From positions 1-60,723 of IMG/VR virus record IMGVR_UViG_3300042868_002569: DNA of 60,723 nucleotides. One strand, written 5' to 3'. The position numbers and the translations under genes are program-made. Shown here in pieces: positions 24,606 to 34,002 of this stretch (position 1 is its first letter; each line of letters begins with the position of its first letter). The notes below the pieces were generated by a model, which was not told the DNA's origin, made no database searches, and saw only the letters and a list, made by a program, of their open reading frames with translations. Source of the stretch: a virus (lineage: Duplodnaviria > Caudoviricetes).

Positions 24606-25384
24606 GCATTGAAACAGTAAACATCAACAAAGAAAAACCAAGCCTGATGATTGCAACACCTATGTATGGTGGTATGTGTACAGGTAACTTTATGGTTGGT
24701 GTATTACAGACTATAAACAAGATGCAGTCTATCGGGGTGCAAGTCTACTTCGTACAGATGGGCAACGAGTCTTTAATTACCCGTGCTCGTAACGAACTAA
24801 CACGTATCTTCTTAGAGAAAAACTTTGATTACTTGATGTTTATTGATGCTGACATTGGCTTTGATGGGCAAGCAGTTGCTCAGTTGATGGCGGCGGATAA
24901 AGATATTGCTTGTGGTATTTACCCCAAAAAAGAAGTTGATTGGGTTGCAGTTGAGAAGGCTGTGGCATTAGGCAAAACTACAGGATTAAAAGATTACTCA
25001 GGCGCTTTTGTGTTGAACTTCGCACATGAGCTAGGTCAAGAGCTACATACAGACCCGTCAGGTTGTATTGAGGTACGTCACGGTGGTACAGGCTTCATGC
25101 TAATTAAGCGTAAAGTGTTTGATGATTTAGCCGACAAGGTTCCTACATACAGACCAAGCACAGTTAAAGATGCTAGCGGTAACTACCTCAAGCCCGAAGT
25201 AAAAGAATACTTTGCTACAAGTATTGACGAAAGCGGTTGCTTGTTATCTGAAGACTACCATTTCTGTGAGTTGTTCCGTAAGAACGGCGGTAAGATATAC
25301 GCCAACCCATTCATTAAATTAGACCACGTAGGTACGTATGTGTATGGTGGTGACATCATCAAAGCGGGTGGTAATCTTAAATGA
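24602..25384 (+). CDS. GT-A fold glycosyltransferase-like protein
   Basis: IATPMYGG, ESLITRARN, DxD motif FIDADI, GTGFMLIKR, SEDYHFC, DHVG. Confidence 0.7.
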   Translation: MSIETVNINKEKPSLMIATPMYGGMCTGNFMVGVLQTINKMQSIGVQVYFVQMGNESLITRARNELTRIFLEKNFDYLMFIDADIGFDGQAVAQLMAADKDIACGIYPKKEVDWVAVEKAVALGKTTGLKDYSGAFVLNFAHELGQELHTDPSGCIEVRHGGTGFMLIKRKVFDDLADKVPTYRPSTVKDASGNYLKPEVKEYFATSIDESGCLLSEDYHFCELFRKNGGKIYANPFIKLDHVGTYVYGGDIIKAGGNLK

Positions 25385-25890
25385 TTAAAGTTTATGATGG
25401 CTTAGTAAGTCCTGATTACATTGAGCGTATTAACTCGTTTATCCAAGGTTCTTATTTTAAAATTGGTAATCAAGATGGCGATATGTTAGGTACGGCGACA
25501 CATCAATATGTATATTCTGAGTATTCAGAAAACGACCTAAAGCTTAGCGGGTTTGTTGATGCCATACAAGGGACTGAAGTTGGTGACTTATATAACCGTA
25601 GCAAATGGGTTAGGACTGTAGCCAATTTATCAACACCATCAGATTCTAATTTTTTACACACGCATTTTGGGTGCAAAGTAATTTTGTATTACGTTAATAA
25701 TCTTTGGGAAACAAATTGGGGTGGTGAAACAGTTTTTTACAACAATGCAAAGACTGAAGTAATAAAGTCTGTAAATTTAGTTCCGGGGAGAATAGCTGTG
25801 TTTGACGGCAACATACTGCACTCCATTCGCCCACAACAATCCATAGCACCGCATTATCGGTTCACTATGGGTATATCTGTCAAGGAATAA
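25381..25890 (+). CDS. 2OG-Fe(II) oxygenase (prolyl-hydroxylase-like)
   Basis: HTH metal site (HxH rather than HxD), ILYYVN..W...WGGET.F, GRIAVFDG..LHS, terminal R. Confidence 0.75.
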   Translation: MIKVYDGLVSPDYIERINSFIQGSYFKIGNQDGDMLGTATHQYVYSEYSENDLKLSGFVDAIQGTEVGDLYNRSKWVRTVANLSTPSDSNFLHTHFGCKVILYYVNNLWETNWGGETVFYNNAKTEVIKSVNLVPGRIAVFDGNILHSIRPQQSIAPHYRFTMGISVKE

Positions 25891-25892
25891 AT

Positions 25893-26645
25893 ATGTTTTG
25901 GAATAAACCAAAAATAACTTTTGATTGCCTAGTTCCAGGGGTTGAGCGCATCATGCCTATGATTCCCGCAAAAGAATTAAAGCACCCTTGGGTACATAGA
26001 GCACAACAAGAACTTTCTGCGATGCGTAAAAGCTCTGCATGGGGTAAAGAAAAATTAGTACACACTGCTAAATGCCCCGGAATTTTTAATTTACAAAGGC
26101 ACGGTTGGGTAATGCGCACTTGGCAAGACATCACTATTGAAACATACGGCGATGGAAAAACGTTTAACTGGACTACGCCTATTGACCAAAAAAAATTGAG
26201 CTCAATTGCTAATGACTACATAGGCTCACATCCCGAAATACAACTAGCTAACTTCATGGAGCATTGGAGACCCGATACGTTACGTACGTTGATAAAAGTA
26301 CAATCACCTTGGCGTTGCACAGTGCCTAAAGGCTATCACTTATTGGAAATGCCGATTCCATACCTAGATGAAGATAGGTTTACTACGGTTCAAGGGTTCT
26401 TTAGCAGAGAGCAAGGGATAGCGCAGATGAATCCACAGCTTTTGTGGCATGTACCTATTGGTAAAACTTTGATTAAAGCAGGGACGCCCATAGCTCAATA
26501 CATACTTGTGCCTAAAGATAATTTTGATATGAGCATGAAGGTTGAAGGCACAACTAATGAGCACGAGTTCTTTGAATTAGCAAACAGCTTTAGGTTCGTA
26601 AAAAGTTATGGCGAAGTTAAACGGTTATTTGGAGAAACAAAATGA
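25893..26645 (+). CDS. Phage protein of unknown function (KCPG...SPW...PKGY...IKAGTPIAQ)
   Basis: 250 aa in the modification cluster. Confidence 0.65.
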   Translation: MFWNKPKITFDCLVPGVERIMPMIPAKELKHPWVHRAQQELSAMRKSSAWGKEKLVHTAKCPGIFNLQRHGWVMRTWQDITIETYGDGKTFNWTTPIDQKKLSSIANDYIGSHPEIQLANFMEHWRPDTLRTLIKVQSPWRCTVPKGYHLLEMPIPYLDEDRFTTVQGFFSREQGIAQMNPQLLWHVPIGKTLIKAGTPIAQYILVPKDNFDMSMKVEGTTNEHEFFELANSFRFVKSYGEVKRLFGETK

Positions 26646-27352
26646 GCCTACCTGAAATACATTTAGCAACAGACGGAGACCTGAACTATGCTCTATTTAA
26701 GCATAACGATATTGTTAGCAATGGCGTGCGTAATGGTGGTTACGAAAAAGAACTTCAAGAATTATCAACGAAACTTTTGGCTGGGTACACTGATGGTATC
26801 GTTCTTGATATCGGTGCTAATTTGGGGAGTTATGTTGTACCACTCGCAAAGCAACACCCTCAACTACAATTTGAGGTCTTTGAACCACAGCGTATTGTTT
26901 ACTACCAACTATGTGCCAACATATTCTTAAACCGATTAAGTAATGTGTACGCACATAACGTAGGACTGAGTAACGAACAGCGCATAACCAACTACGTGTT
27001 GCCAAACTATGCGGAAGAAACAAACATCGGTGCGTTCAGTATTGATTTCGATACTCGCCTTAAGGACTATGAGGTTAAGTCTGAAGGTGTTACTGAGCGC
27101 ATGATTATTATTCCGCTTGACTCAATGCAGTATGAGAAGGTTCGGCTAATTAAGATTGACGTAGAGGGGCATGAGCTACAGGTACTTCAGGGTGCAGAAC
27201 ACACTCTCCGTGAGAACAACTACCCACCGATTATCTTTGAGGCATGGACTTGGAAGTTCCCTGAGAAGCGTCAAGCAGTATTGGCTCACTTAGAAAACCT
27301 AGGGTATACCATTACTGAGCTTGGACAAAACAATTTGGCGGTTAAAAAATGA
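26642..27352 (+). CDS. FkbM-family SAM methyltransferase
   Basis: VLDIGANLG, FEPQ, LIKIDVEGHELQVLQGA. Confidence 0.9.
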   Translation: MSLPEIHLATDGDLNYALFKHNDIVSNGVRNGGYEKELQELSTKLLAGYTDGIVLDIGANLGSYVVPLAKQHPQLQFEVFEPQRIVYYQLCANIFLNRLSNVYAHNVGLSNEQRITNYVLPNYAEETNIGAFSIDFDTRLKDYEVKSEGVTERMIIIPLDSMQYEKVRLIKIDVEGHELQVLQGAEHTLRENNYPPIIFEAWTWKFPEKRQAVLAHLENLGYTITELGQNNLAVKK

Positions 27353-27534
27353 CGAAAGACGAAATGGATATGATATTAAGACAAGCTGGTATTGACCCCG
27401 CAGTTGTGCCAAAATATGAGGTATTACCTGACGGAACCGTCTATTTTTACACAAAACAGGAGGATAAAGATGCCCTACGTGAACAAACCCCGCCCGTACA
27501 AGAAAGAATATCAACAGCAAAAGGCTCGAAATGA
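27349..27534 (+). CDS. Possible small protein
   Basis: 61 aa, ATGA overlap upstream but overlaps the HNH gene by 65 bp. Confidence 0.35.
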   Translation: MTKDEMDMILRQAGIDPAVVPKYEVLPDGTVYFYTKQEDKDALREQTPPVQERISTAKGSK

Positions 27535-27781
27535 ACAGCCTTCACGGAACGCCAGAGAACGTGCAAGGTACGCCGTTGACAAAGATGGGGTCGACGCCAA
27601 CAACAATGGAAAGGCAGACCGACGTGAGGGTAAAGACATCGACCACGTCATCCCACTATCCAAAGGCGGAACTAATTCTAAATCAAATCTTAAAGTACGA
27701 GCATCAAAGAGCAACCGTTCGTTCTCAAGGAACTCAGACCATACAGTCAAAGTTAACAGGCCTAAAAAATCTGCCAAGTGA
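27470..27781 (+). CDS. HNH endonuclease-like protein
   Basis: Start MPYVNKPRPYKKEY (RBS GGAGG); DIDHVIPLSKGGTN...NL...N. Confidence 0.8.
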   Translation: MPYVNKPRPYKKEYQQQKARNEQPSRNARERARYAVDKDGVDANNNGKADRREGKDIDHVIPLSKGGTNSKSNLKVRASKSNRSFSRNSDHTVKVNRPKKSAK

Positions 27782-27787
27782 GGCAGT

Positions 27788-29341
27788 ATGAAAATATTAA
27801 ATAATAACCAATTACTTATAACAACAAGGCGCCCACAATTAATAACTGAGTGCATACCAAAAAGCAAAATTATTGATTCTAATGGTGACTTGTACATGGT
27901 CGCCGTTCATTGGGGCTTAGACGAAGCTCAAACCTTGGCTAAACTTAAAGTCAAGAAGGTACCATCCCCAATCATGCGTGACTATAAGTGGCCTGGTGTT
28001 TTCCCACCAATGGCACACCAAAAAGATACTGCGGCATTCTTAACTCTTAATCAACGTGCATTCTGTTTTAACGAACAAGGTACAGGTAAGACGGCGTCTG
28101 CTATATGGGCGGCTGATTACTTGTTAAACATAGGTAAGATAAAGCGAGTGCTTATCATATGCCCGCTATCTATCATGCAATCAGCATGGCAGGCAGACTT
28201 GTTTAAGTTTGCAGTGCACCGCCGTGTAGGTGTGGCATACGGAGAGAAGCGCAAGCGCCAAGCGGTTATAGGTAACGATGCCGATTTTATTATTATTAAC
28301 TACGACGGTATTGAGATTGTTGCCGAGGACATAGCCCGTAATAAGTTTGACTTGATTATTATTGACGAAGCCAATGCTTACAAAACTCCTACAACAAAGC
28401 GCTGGAAAACACTTAACAGACTAATTACTCCAAACACTTGGGTATGGATGATGACAGGTACACCTGCGGCACAGAGCCCTACAGATGCTTACGGCTTGGC
28501 TAAGATGTGCGTGCCTGAGAAAGTAGACCGTTTCTTTGGTTCTTTCCGTGACCGAGTCATGGTTAATGTAAGTAAGTTTCGCTGGTTGCCAAGACCAAAC
28601 GCAGACCAAATAGTATTTGAATCTTTACAACCCGCCATTCGCTTTACTAAAGAAGAATGCTTAGACCTACCGGAGATAACCCATGTGTTTCGGGACGCCC
28701 CCCTTACTGCGCAACAGGAGAAATACTACAAAGTCCTCAAGAAAGATATGCTCATGGTGGCAGGAGGTGAAGAGATTAGTACTGTTAACGCCGCAACTAA
28801 TCTTAATAAACTGCTTCAAATTTCTGGTGGCGCTGTGTATTCTGATAACGGCAGCGTTATTGAGTTTGATGTTTCTAATCGCTTACGTGTTATCCAAGAA
28901 GTAATAGAAGAAGCAAGCCATAAAGTTCTTGTCTTTGTTCCGTTCACGCATACAATAGAACTACTCAAAGCGCATTTGAGAGGGGCAGGTATTCCCTGTG
29001 AAGTTATCAACGGTGCCGTGCCTGTTCACAAACGTACTGAAATATTTAAAGATTTTCAAGAAACAGAAAATATCAAGGTACTTATAATACAACCCCAGGC
29101 AGCTGCACACGGAGTCACACTAACTGCTGCTAACGTAATCATTTGGTATTCACCAGTAACATCTATTGAGACTTACCTGCAGGCTAACGCCCGTATTGAC
29201 CGTAATGGTCAGAAGAACACAATGACTGTTGTGCACATTAAGGGTAGTCCCGTAGAGACACGGTTATACGGAATGTTGCAAAATAAACTAGATGTACACA
29301 CAAAAATAATTGACCTGTACAATAACGAAATAAATACTTGA
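27788..29341 (+). CDS. SNF2-like superfamily 2 helicase
   Basis: EQGTGKT, IIDEA, MTGTP, HGVTLT, QANARIDRNGQ. Confidence 0.9.
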   Translation: MKILNNNQLLITTRRPQLITECIPKSKIIDSNGDLYMVAVHWGLDEAQTLAKLKVKKVPSPIMRDYKWPGVFPPMAHQKDTAAFLTLNQRAFCFNEQGTGKTASAIWAADYLLNIGKIKRVLIICPLSIMQSAWQADLFKFAVHRRVGVAYGEKRKRQAVIGNDADFIIINYDGIEIVAEDIARNKFDLIIIDEANAYKTPTTKRWKTLNRLITPNTWVWMMTGTPAAQSPTDAYGLAKMCVPEKVDRFFGSFRDRVMVNVSKFRWLPRPNADQIVFESLQPAIRFTKEECLDLPEITHVFRDAPLTAQQEKYYKVLKKDMLMVAGGEEISTVNAATNLNKLLQISGGAVYSDNGSVIEFDVSNRLRVIQEVIEEASHKVLVFVPFTHTIELLKAHLRGAGIPCEVINGAVPVHKRTEIFKDFQETENIKVLIIQPQAAAHGVTLTAANVIIWYSPVTSIETYLQANARIDRNGQKNTMTVVHIKGSPVETRLYGMLQNKLDVHTKIIDLYNNEINT

Positions 29342-29366
29342 CAAGGTCAAGTTCTTGCACTAATAT
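29336..29366 (+). promoter_or_regulatory. Sigma70-type promoter, replication operon 2, with a palindrome over the -35
   Basis: TTGACA (29338-43)-17 bp-TAATAT (29361-66); ACTTGAC-AAG-GTCAAGT at 29336-52. Confidence 0.8.
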
Positions 29367-29399
29367 AAATAAAACACTCACAACCTAAGGAAACCAAAA

Positions 29400-29798
29400 A
29401 TGGCAGATGATATTTCTGTAGATAAACTAGTCTCCGTCTTTATTAAGATACGAGACACACGTGATGAAGAAGAGCGTGCATGGGAAGCCAAGAAAGCTGA
29501 CTACACAGAACAGCTAGAGCTTATCAATCAACAATTACTTGAGATTTGTAAAAGTACTGATGCCGATAGTATTCGTACTGCGCATGGCACAGTAATCCGT
29601 TCGGTTAAATCTCGTTACTGGACTAACGACTGGGAGCATTTCCACAAGTTTATGTTGGAGTGGGAAGCACCTGAGTTATTAGAGAAGCGTATACATCAAA
29701 GCAACATGAAACAGTTTTTAGAAGACAACCCCGGTACACTGCCAGCCGGTTTAAATATGGACAGTGCGTACTCAATCACAGTAAGGAGAAGTAAATGA
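29400..29798 (+). CDS. Replication-module protein (N-terminal coiled coil), function unknown
   Basis: 132 aa; RBS TAAGGA. Confidence 0.7.
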   Translation: MADDISVDKLVSVFIKIRDTRDEEERAWEAKKADYTEQLELINQQLLEICKSTDADSIRTAHGTVIRSVKSRYWTNDWEHFHKFMLEWEAPELLEKRIHQSNMKQFLEDNPGTLPAGLNMDSAYSITVRRSK

Positions 29799-30664
29799 GT
29801 GAATTAGCTTTATTTAAAAATAACCTACCCGACTATTTAAAAGAGGTAGCATTAGACGACGTAACCAAAGCCCTTGCGGGTGGCGGTGGTGGTAGCAAAC
29901 GTATTTCGTTGCGTGGCGGTGTATTCCGCATGGTTATCGGTGGCGAAGAAGTTGCTAAAAACGAAAGCCGTTCAATGAACGTAGTTATTGTTAATGCCGC
30001 CAAAGAAGTATCACGTACATTTTATGCAAAAGCATACAACCCAAGCCAAGATGCAACAGCGCCTGATTGCTGGTCTGCTAACGGTCAAAAACCTGATGCG
30101 TCTATTGAATCGCCTCAAAACCACAACTGCGCCGAATGCCCACAGAACATCAAGGGTTCAGGTCAGGGTGATACACGTGCGTGCCGTTTTTCACGCCGTT
30201 TAGCTTTAGCTTTGGCTGATGATTTGGAAGGCGACATTTTCCAATTAGTATTGCCATCTAAATCTATCTTCGGTAAAGGTGACTTAGACCATATGCCGTT
30301 TGAGCAATATGCCAAGTACGTTGGTTCACAGGGTTACAACCTCAATACACTAATCACTGAAATGAAGTTTGACAGTGACAGTGATAACCCTAAGCTAACT
30401 TTCCGCCCAGTTAACTTCTTATCAAAGGAACAGTGGGAAATTGCAAAACGTCAAGGCGAAACTCTTTCAGCTAAGAACGCTATCACTATGACTGTTTCAC
30501 AAACTGATGGTGTTAAAACTCCTAAGCTCGAAGCCCCTAAAGCTGAAAAGGTAGTTGCTGAAGAAGTAGCTGAGCCTAAGAAGCGTGAGGATAAGAAAAC
30601 GCAGCCTACTGAAAAGAAAGACCTTAAATCAATCATGAGTGGTTGGTCTACTGACGACGAATGA
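29795..30664 (+). CDS. Putative single-stranded DNA-binding protein
   Basis: Beta-rich core with PDCWS..CAECP..C; flexible K/E/P tail ending WSTDDE; located before the primase; function inferred. Confidence 0.55.
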   Translation: MSELALFKNNLPDYLKEVALDDVTKALAGGGGGSKRISLRGGVFRMVIGGEEVAKNESRSMNVVIVNAAKEVSRTFYAKAYNPSQDATAPDCWSANGQKPDASIESPQNHNCAECPQNIKGSGQGDTRACRFSRRLALALADDLEGDIFQLVLPSKSIFGKGDLDHMPFEQYAKYVGSQGYNLNTLITEMKFDSDSDNPKLTFRPVNFLSKEQWEIAKRQGETLSAKNAITMTVSQTDGVKTPKLEAPKAEKVVAEEVAEPKKREDKKTQPTEKKDLKSIMSGWSTDDE

Positions 30665-30903
30665 GTTTAAGGGGCTATAGCTTTCGATTGGTGCGAGCTA
30701 ACCAAGCTGCCAACTCCAAGAAGATTGGGGTGGTGCTTGGGCGGTACTGCATCGCTAAGGATATATCTGTTGCTGAGATTGCAGAAAAGTTTGATGTGTC
30801 TCGAATGACAATATATTCTTGGTTTACAGGCGTTGCGGAACCACATCGCTCGAAAGCCGAACAGATTGCAGCGATGCTAAAGAGAGCTAGGTTTAGCGTT
30901 TAG
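30661..30903 (+). CDS. Cro/CI-like HTH protein
   Basis: ISVAEIAEKFDVSRMTIYSWFTG..EP. Confidence 0.75.
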   Translation: MSLRGYSFRLVRANQAANSKKIGVVLGRYCIAKDISVAEIAEKFDVSRMTIYSWFTGVAEPHRSKAEQIAAMLKRARFSV

Positions 30904-30909
30904 TTTACA

Positions 30910-30964
30910 GGGGTAGCTAGTTTGACGGAACGAACAGGGGATTCGCCGCACCCCGTGCTACCCC
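30910..30964 (+). promoter_or_regulatory. Structured element in the primase leader
   Basis: Outer stem GGGGTAGC/GCTACCCC enclosing inner stem GGGG/CCCC. Confidence 0.5.
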
Positions 30965-30989
30965 ATCTTTATTGCGGACAGAGGCGACA

Positions 30990-33812
30990 ATGGCTACAAC
31001 AGATTTACTAAAAGTAGTGTTACCTCCCGAGGGGGAAGGTGTTTACTGCTTGCTAGGGTTAAAACAAGGGGGTGGCTATCCAAAACAGTTGTGGGCTGAA
31101 ACGCTTGCAGATGCCGAGAAACATATAGCTGACTTGCTAAACGATTTATATGACGTGTATTTTGCGTGTGCTAAATACACTAATGAAGCTGAAGGACGAA
31201 TACAAAAAAATAGTAATTACTTTAAGAGCTTTTGGTTGGACGTTGATTGTGGTGTTGGAAAGCCATACGCAGACCAAGAAGAAGGATTAGCTGCGCTTAA
31301 AGAGTTTTGTATAAAGATAGACTTACCGTTGCCTACAGTAGTTAATTCCGGTCGTGGTGTGCATGCGTATTGGAACTTAACTACTACAATCGACCGTGAG
31401 CATTGGCTTCCTGTAGCAACTCGTATCAAAGCACTGTGTGAAGAACATGGCTTTGAAGCTGACGGTAGTCGCACTGCTGAGAGTGCTTCGGTATTGCGTG
31501 TGCCTGAGACTTGGAACTTTAAGAACGACCCGCCTTTCCCAGTAGAAATCTTAAAGATTGCTAAGGATATTGAGTACGACGAAGTTAAACGTCGACTCGG
31601 GGTGTTAGTTGCACCTAGTTACATCCCACGTAGTTTTAGCGAAGCGTCTCAAGCAATACGCAGTAACATACAAAGCCGCTTTAAAACCATTATGCTTAAG
31701 ACCATAGATGGTAGTGGATGCGCACAGATTAAAAACTTGGTTGAGAACCAAGACAATATGGATGAGCCACGCTGGAGAGCAGTGCTTAGTATTGCAGCAC
31801 ACTGTATTGACAGAGACACAGCTATCCATATGGTTAGTAATGGGCACCCTGATTACAACGCCGAAGCTACAGAAGAAAAGGCTAATGAGATTAAGGGCCC
31901 CTACACTTGCGCAAAGATGGAGTATTACAACCCAGGGTTCTGTGGTGACTGCCCACACAAGGACAAGATTAAGAACCCTATTCAGTTAGGCAATGAAGTA
32001 ATTGCCGCCGAAACAAACGAGATAGTTGAAAAAGAAGAAGATGGCACCACATCTGTATATACAGTACCTGAGTTGCCTTATCCGTACTTTCGAGGTAAGA
32101 ACGGTGGTGTGTACCGTGCAACTACGGAAGAAGATGGCGAGCCATCGTTAATTTATGAACATGACTTGTACGTAGTTAAGCGTTTATTTGACCCACGTAA
32201 AGGCGATGCAATTTGGATTAGGTTGCACTTACCTAGGGATGGCGTACGTGAGTTTTCTATCCCACAAACAGAGGCACTAACTCACGAGAAGTTGCGTGAT
32301 AAGTTAGCTTGGTACGGCGTTGTTGCTGCTAAGAAGCAGATGGACAACATCATGAACTATTTAATAACGTTTGTAAAAGAACTACAACATAAATCAGAGG
32401 TAGAAATAATGAGAACACAATTTGGATGGACAGACGACAACGACCAATTTATTCTAGGAGACCAAGAAATATCTGCGGATAAAGTTTCGTACAGTCCACC
32501 GTCAAGCTCTACAGGTAGCTTAGCTACATTCATGGCTCCAACAGGTGACTTTAAAGAATGGCAACGTATCGCAAACATTTACAACGCTCCTGGGTTTGAG
32601 CCACATGCATTTGGATTTTTTACTGCTTTCGGCGCACCGTTGCTTAAGCACCTCAACCTACGTGGCGCTATTATTAACTTGATTAACAATCGTTCAGGTA
32701 CAGGTAAGTCGACTATTCTTAAGATGTGCAACAGCGTATGGGGGCACCCTGAAGAGTTAATGCTCCAATGGAAAGATACGCAGAACTCTATGATTCACCG
32801 TCTTGGCATAATGAACACGCTTCCTGTGACTATTGACGAGATTACAAAGCTATCAGGCGACCACTTTTCTGATTTGGTATATAGCATATCCCAAGGACGT
32901 GGCAAGAATCGCATGCAACAACATGACAACGCCGAGCGCCTCAACACAACAAAGTGGTCAACCATTGCGCTATGTTCTGCCAACGCTTCTTTCTACGATA
33001 AATTAGCTACGTTAAAAGCTACACCAGACGGCGAGATGATGCGTCTTATTGAATACAAGATTGAGATGACTGACACTCTTTCCAAAGAAGAAGCTGACAC
33101 AATTTTTAACGGCTTGTACACCCACTACGGGCACGCTGGGTTTGAGTACGCTAAGTATCTTGTAGCTAACTTAGAGACAGCAATTGATACAGTTATGCAA
33201 GTTCAGCAGAAGTTAGACCAAGAGGTAGGGTTTACCAGTAGAGAACGCTTTTGGTCAGGCGTAGCTGCATGTAACATTGCAGGTGCTTTGATGGCTAAAG
33301 ACCTAGGCATTATTCCTGACTTCAACGTTGGTCGTGTCTACAAGTGGTTGACACAGATGCTTAAGACTATGCGCACCGACATCAAGGCTCCAGCCAATAA
33401 CAACATAACCTCTGTGTTTGAGTTTATGAACGACCACCGTGCTGAGACTTTGGTTATTAACGGCAACGCAGACCGTCGGTCAGGTATGCAAGAGCTACCT
33501 ATTGCCGAGCCTAAGTTTAGTGATATTAAGGTACGTATAGAACCGGATACAGGTGTGCTTATGTTAAGAGCTAAAGCCTTCCGTGATTTCTGCGCTAAAA
33601 ACCAGATTACTTTGAAAGATTTACTGGATGGATTACACCAAGACAAAATCTTTATCAAGCTAGACAAGAAGCGTATTGGCAAAGGCACCAAGATTCCTTG
33701 TGGTTCAGTCGACGTATATATTTTTAACATGGAGCACGATGATTTCTTTGATACCAAGGAAGCCATAATTGAGGCGGTTAAAGACTCTACAAATGCTGAT
33801 ACACGGAATTGA
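30990..33812 (+). CDS. Primase-helicase (RepB-like primase N-terminus, DUF927-type helicase region)
   Basis: WLDVD, SGRGVHAYW, LRVPETWN, PYTC..CGDCPH, QFGW, SGTGKST, TIDE; start at MATTDLL. Confidence 0.85.
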   Translation: MATTDLLKVVLPPEGEGVYCLLGLKQGGGYPKQLWAETLADAEKHIADLLNDLYDVYFACAKYTNEAEGRIQKNSNYFKSFWLDVDCGVGKPYADQEEGLAALKEFCIKIDLPLPTVVNSGRGVHAYWNLTTTIDREHWLPVATRIKALCEEHGFEADGSRTAESASVLRVPETWNFKNDPPFPVEILKIAKDIEYDEVKRRLGVLVAPSYIPRSFSEASQAIRSNIQSRFKTIMLKTIDGSGCAQIKNLVENQDNMDEPRWRAVLSIAAHCIDRDTAIHMVSNGHPDYNAEATEEKANEIKGPYTCAKMEYYNPGFCGDCPHKDKIKNPIQLGNEVIAAETNEIVEKEEDGTTSVYTVPELPYPYFRGKNGGVYRATTEEDGEPSLIYEHDLYVVKRLFDPRKGDAIWIRLHLPRDGVREFSIPQTEALTHEKLRDKLAWYGVVAAKKQMDNIMNYLITFVKELQHKSEVEIMRTQFGWTDDNDQFILGDQEISADKVSYSPPSSSTGSLATFMAPTGDFKEWQRIANIYNAPGFEPHAFGFFTAFGAPLLKHLNLRGAIINLINNRSGTGKSTILKMCNSVWGHPEELMLQWKDTQNSMIHRLGIMNTLPVTIDEITKLSGDHFSDLVYSISQGRGKNRMQQHDNAERLNTTKWSTIALCSANASFYDKLATLKATPDGEMMRLIEYKIEMTDTLSKEEADTIFNGLYTHYGHAGFEYAKYLVANLETAIDTVMQVQQKLDQEVGFTSRERFWSGVAACNIAGALMAKDLGIIPDFNVGRVYKWLTQMLKTMRTDIKAPANNNITSVFEFMNDHRAETLVINGNADRRSGMQELPIAEPKFSDIKVRIEPDTGVLMLRAKAFRDFCAKNQITLKDLLDGLHQDKIFIKLDKKRIGKGTKIPCGSVDVYIFNMEHDDFFDTKEAIIEAVKDSTNADTRN

Positions 33813-33990
33813 CTTTAAGATAAATTGGCGTAATTTTGTGGTGGGGTCTTCGTTTTTTATACCGTGCTTAGACCACGAACACGCTCGAGAACAGATTCAC
33901 AGGGCTACAAAACGATTGAAATACCCTATTAAAACGCAAATAGTGATAGAAAAAGGCATCTATGGTTTGCGTGTTTGGCGAATTAAGTAG
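33793..33990 (+). CDS. Small protein after the primase
   Basis: INWRNFVVGSSFFIPCLD...GLRVWR. Confidence 0.65.
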   Translation: MLIHGIDFKINWRNFVVGSSFFIPCLDHEHAREQIHRATKRLKYPIKTQIVIEKGIYGLRVWRIK

Positions 33991-34002
33991 TATCATTCAC
34001 CT

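Noticed and set aside
27470-27781. HNH gene as a mobile intron or homing element
   Set aside because: It does not interrupt a gene, flanking ORFs are intact and no intron-like structure is evident.
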